A DNA stretch of 64,000 bases from contig CAWCKJ010000003.1 of NCBI GenBank assembly GCA_963796105.1, forward strand, positions 736,001 to 800,000. Reading direction: 5' to 3'. The notes under the pieces are model-generated. The model was not told where the DNA came from. It was given only the letters and a program-made list of their open reading frames with translations, and searched no databases. Origin of the DNA: a candidate division FCPU426 bacterium. Its GTDB lineage: Bacteria > Oederibacteriota > Muellerivitia > Muellerivitales > Muellerivitaceae. The first letter of the stretch is position 1. Each line of letters starts with the position of its first letter. Shown one piece after another: positions 62,017 through 64,000 of this stretch. The position numbers were made by a program, and so were the translations under genes.

Positions 62017-62625
62017 TTATTTTTTCAGTCCCGGCCAGTTATCCATTACGATTTTCAAGCACATGTCCATGATCTTGCTGGCGCTGGAACAATCGAAAAT
62101 GCAGGGATTGCCGGCGATAAACTCGAGACCCTCGGAAGCCTTCCAAAGCACTTCCCCGGTGGTCGCGTCGACCCACCGCAAGGCAAGTCCGGCGTCATAA
62201 ATGTGATGGCTCATGTTGGCGCTCTCGCTCCAGCCAGTGACCTCGCCGAAAACAATGGAGTCGGCGCCGAACGCTTTTCCCAGCCAAACAGAGATCTTGG
62301 GGTCAGCCGTTCCCGTGGCGGTCCAAACGGTGCGGTATCTCGTCACGACATCAATCACAGAGGGGGTTGACAGCATCATCTGCTTGACGGCATCGGGTGG
62401 AATGACCCGGTCGAACAACTTGCAGTCTGTCAGGCATTGGAGCATCTTGGTATTGGTGGCGGTGTTAGCCACTTCCATTCCGACGGTGTTGATAAAAGGA
62501 AGAATGACCACCGTTTTCGGGTGAAACTGGTCTATTTTAGGGCTGACCTCGGAAAATTGAATCGCGGGGGCGCAGCCTCCAATCATCAAAGCCAAACCCA
62601 GCAAAGCCAATAAAATTTTTCTCAT
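62017..62625 (-). CDS. Lipoprotein (DUF799/LpoB-like fold probable)
   Basis: Lipobox IGGC; 'VVILPF.N', 'GADSIVFGEV', 'VDATTGEVLW'. Confidence 0.7.
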   Translation of the reverse strand: MRKILLALLGLALMIGGCAPAIQFSEVSPKIDQFHPKTVVILPFINTVGMEVANTATNTKMLQCLTDCKLFDRVIPPDAVKQMMLSTPSVIDVVTRYRTVWTATGTADPKISVWLGKAFGADSIVFGEVTGWSESANMSHHIYDAGLALRWVDATTGEVLWKASEGLEFIAGNPCIFDCSSASKIMDMCLKIVMDNWPGLKK

Positions 62626-62859
62626 AAACTTACTCCCGGTGAGGATGAATTTGAGGATTAGACAAGCGAACTAATGACTTCGCCAATATACCACACTTGA
62701 ACTTTCAGCCATTTAATATTTAGGCGGAATTTACTAGGCCCAAAAAACGCCAGATTAAAAATACCTGAAATTGGTTCCCCCTTGGCGTGTCCCACATGAA
62801 AATGACCTGAAAAGGCGCCTCTTCTTAAATGATTAGACCTATTCAGAAAGTTGAATCCG

Positions 62860-63270
62860 TCAGTACCACTTCAATTTTTTACTTTGTGTTCCCTTGTAGG
62901 AAACATTTTTGTTACCAGCGGGATTCTGGGAAGAATCTAAAGATAGGAATTCTTTATCAATCGTCATGATATCGTGATAATCCATGTCGTTATTGATGGC
63001 CCCGATTGTTTCTTGGGTTTTTTGACGTTTCCCAAGGATGAGGCTTAATTGGTAACTTGAAGTTGATCTTTCAGAACTTTGAAAGAAAAAAGCACGGGAA
63101 TTACCGTTTTTCAGCCCGGAAAGTTCAAAAACATTCGGGCCGACTTTCAATCTCCCTTCCAAAATGGCTTGCCCTGTCTTATTCCAGACTTCGATTTCGC
63201 CTTTCCCTTTCCCGCAACCGATTAAGGAAAATAAAAGAATGGGTATAATGCGGAAAAGTTTAGTTGACAT
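62860..63270 (-). CDS. Putative lipoprotein
   Basis: MSTKLFR + hydrophobic stretch + LIGC. Confidence 0.6.
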   Translation of the reverse strand: MSTKLFRIIPILLFSLIGCGKGKGEIEVWNKTGQAILEGRLKVGPNVFELSGLKNGNSRAFFFQSSERSTSSYQLSLILGKRQKTQETIGAINNDMDYHDIMTIDKEFLSLDSSQNPAGNKNVSYKGTQSKKLKWY

Positions 63271-63341
63271 GGAAAACAGCTTAGCCCCTGAGACCCTCAG
63301 AGGCAACTTTTTAAGGGATTCAGCATGAGCGCCAAATATTC

Positions 63342-64000
63342 TCATTTGATTTTTTCTTGATTGTCACGAGACATCACATCGTTGAGGAACCTTGAAACGG
63401 CCGCGAGCGTACCGCCTGTCAAAACATGTCCGATCTGGAATTCTTTTAACACCGGATGATACCCGGCCTGCCTTAAGGCTTGTAGGGTTCCCTGGGTATC
63501 CTCATTCTGGACAATGGGATCCCATGTTCCGTGGACCAGGAGAATTGGTGTTTTAGGGGAAGCCGTGGGATGAGCCAATGATTTTTTGGGATTCGCTAAA
63601 TAACCGCTCATCGAGACAATCGCCTCGACGTTCCCTTGGTAATTCAACCCCGCCTCCAAGGCCATGACTGCCCCTTGGGAAAGACCCATGACGATGACCG
63701 GCCTGGGTTTAGGCTGCGTCAAGCTTTCGGAGGGGCTTGAGGATACGCGTGAAAAACGCTTCATGACCTCGAAAAGGTAATCCCGGCTGTAATCAATATC
63801 CTTACGGCTGTGGGTAAAACGGCCATACCAGAAATGCTCCCCCATTCCGGAATGGCCCAATGGGAGAGGGGCGTCCGGCAGGACGAACCGGCAGGGGGGG
63901 AGCTTCAACTCATCGCAAAGGGCAAGCACCGAATCACCATTGCCCTTGGAGCCATGAAGAATCAGGACCACCGGCGCGTCGGCGGGCAGGTCGGCCGGTT
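63342..64000 (-). CDS. Phospholipase/carboxylesterase (alpha/beta hydrolase), 5' end beyond the window
   Basis: 'LHG', GLSQG nucleophile elbow, 'HGTWD', 'GH'. Confidence 0.85.
   Translation of the reverse strand, partial: PADLPADAPVVLILHGSKGNGDSVLALCDELKLPPCRFVLPDAPLPLGHSGMGEHFWYGRFTHSRKDIDYSRDYLFEVMKRFSRVSSSPSESLTQPKPRPVIVMGLSQGAVMALEAGLNYQGNVEAIVSMSGYLANPKKSLAHPTASPKTPILLVHGTWDPIVQNEDTQGTLQALRQAGYHPVLKEFQIGHVLTGGTLAAVSRFLNDVMSRDNQEKIK

Overview
This is a 64-kb bacterial chromosomal window from a GC-rich organism that is probably diderm and anaerobic or facultative. Core metabolic blocks are: a Pho-type cluster (lipoprotein, porin, pstSCAB-phoU) beside a ROK/polyphosphate glucokinase; a complete group 3b [NiFe]-hydrogenase operon with its maturation protease; TrpB2; an RluA-family synthase; a GT4/GH130 pair; and a sigma-54 XylR-like activator with rhodanese, cupin and pirin neighbours. 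Accessory content includes three very large secreted proteins (SBBP beta-propeller, S53 peptidase-NHL, GH8 with a ~1000-aa Thr-Pro stalk) that share a T9SS/FlgD-like C-terminal domain. There is also a signal-peptide-bearing RHS toxin with a GH24 lysozyme-like tip, three stand-alone PilZ paralogues and an HD-GYP protein. Four insertion sequences (IS21, IS481-like, two IS1595) all retain exact target-site duplications, and two of them split secreted-protein genes that can be rebuilt in frame. The least explained part is the 1.8-kb non-coding interval 7.63-9.46 kb upstream of the RHS gene. It holds an AT-rich hairpin element, a 9x52-bp tandem array, a ~24x22-bp palindrome-core array and a ~270-nt highly base-paired segment that looks like a structured ncRNA. 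No rRNA, tRNA, CRISPR array, cas or reverse-transcriptase gene was recognised. All calls are by eye, without database searches.
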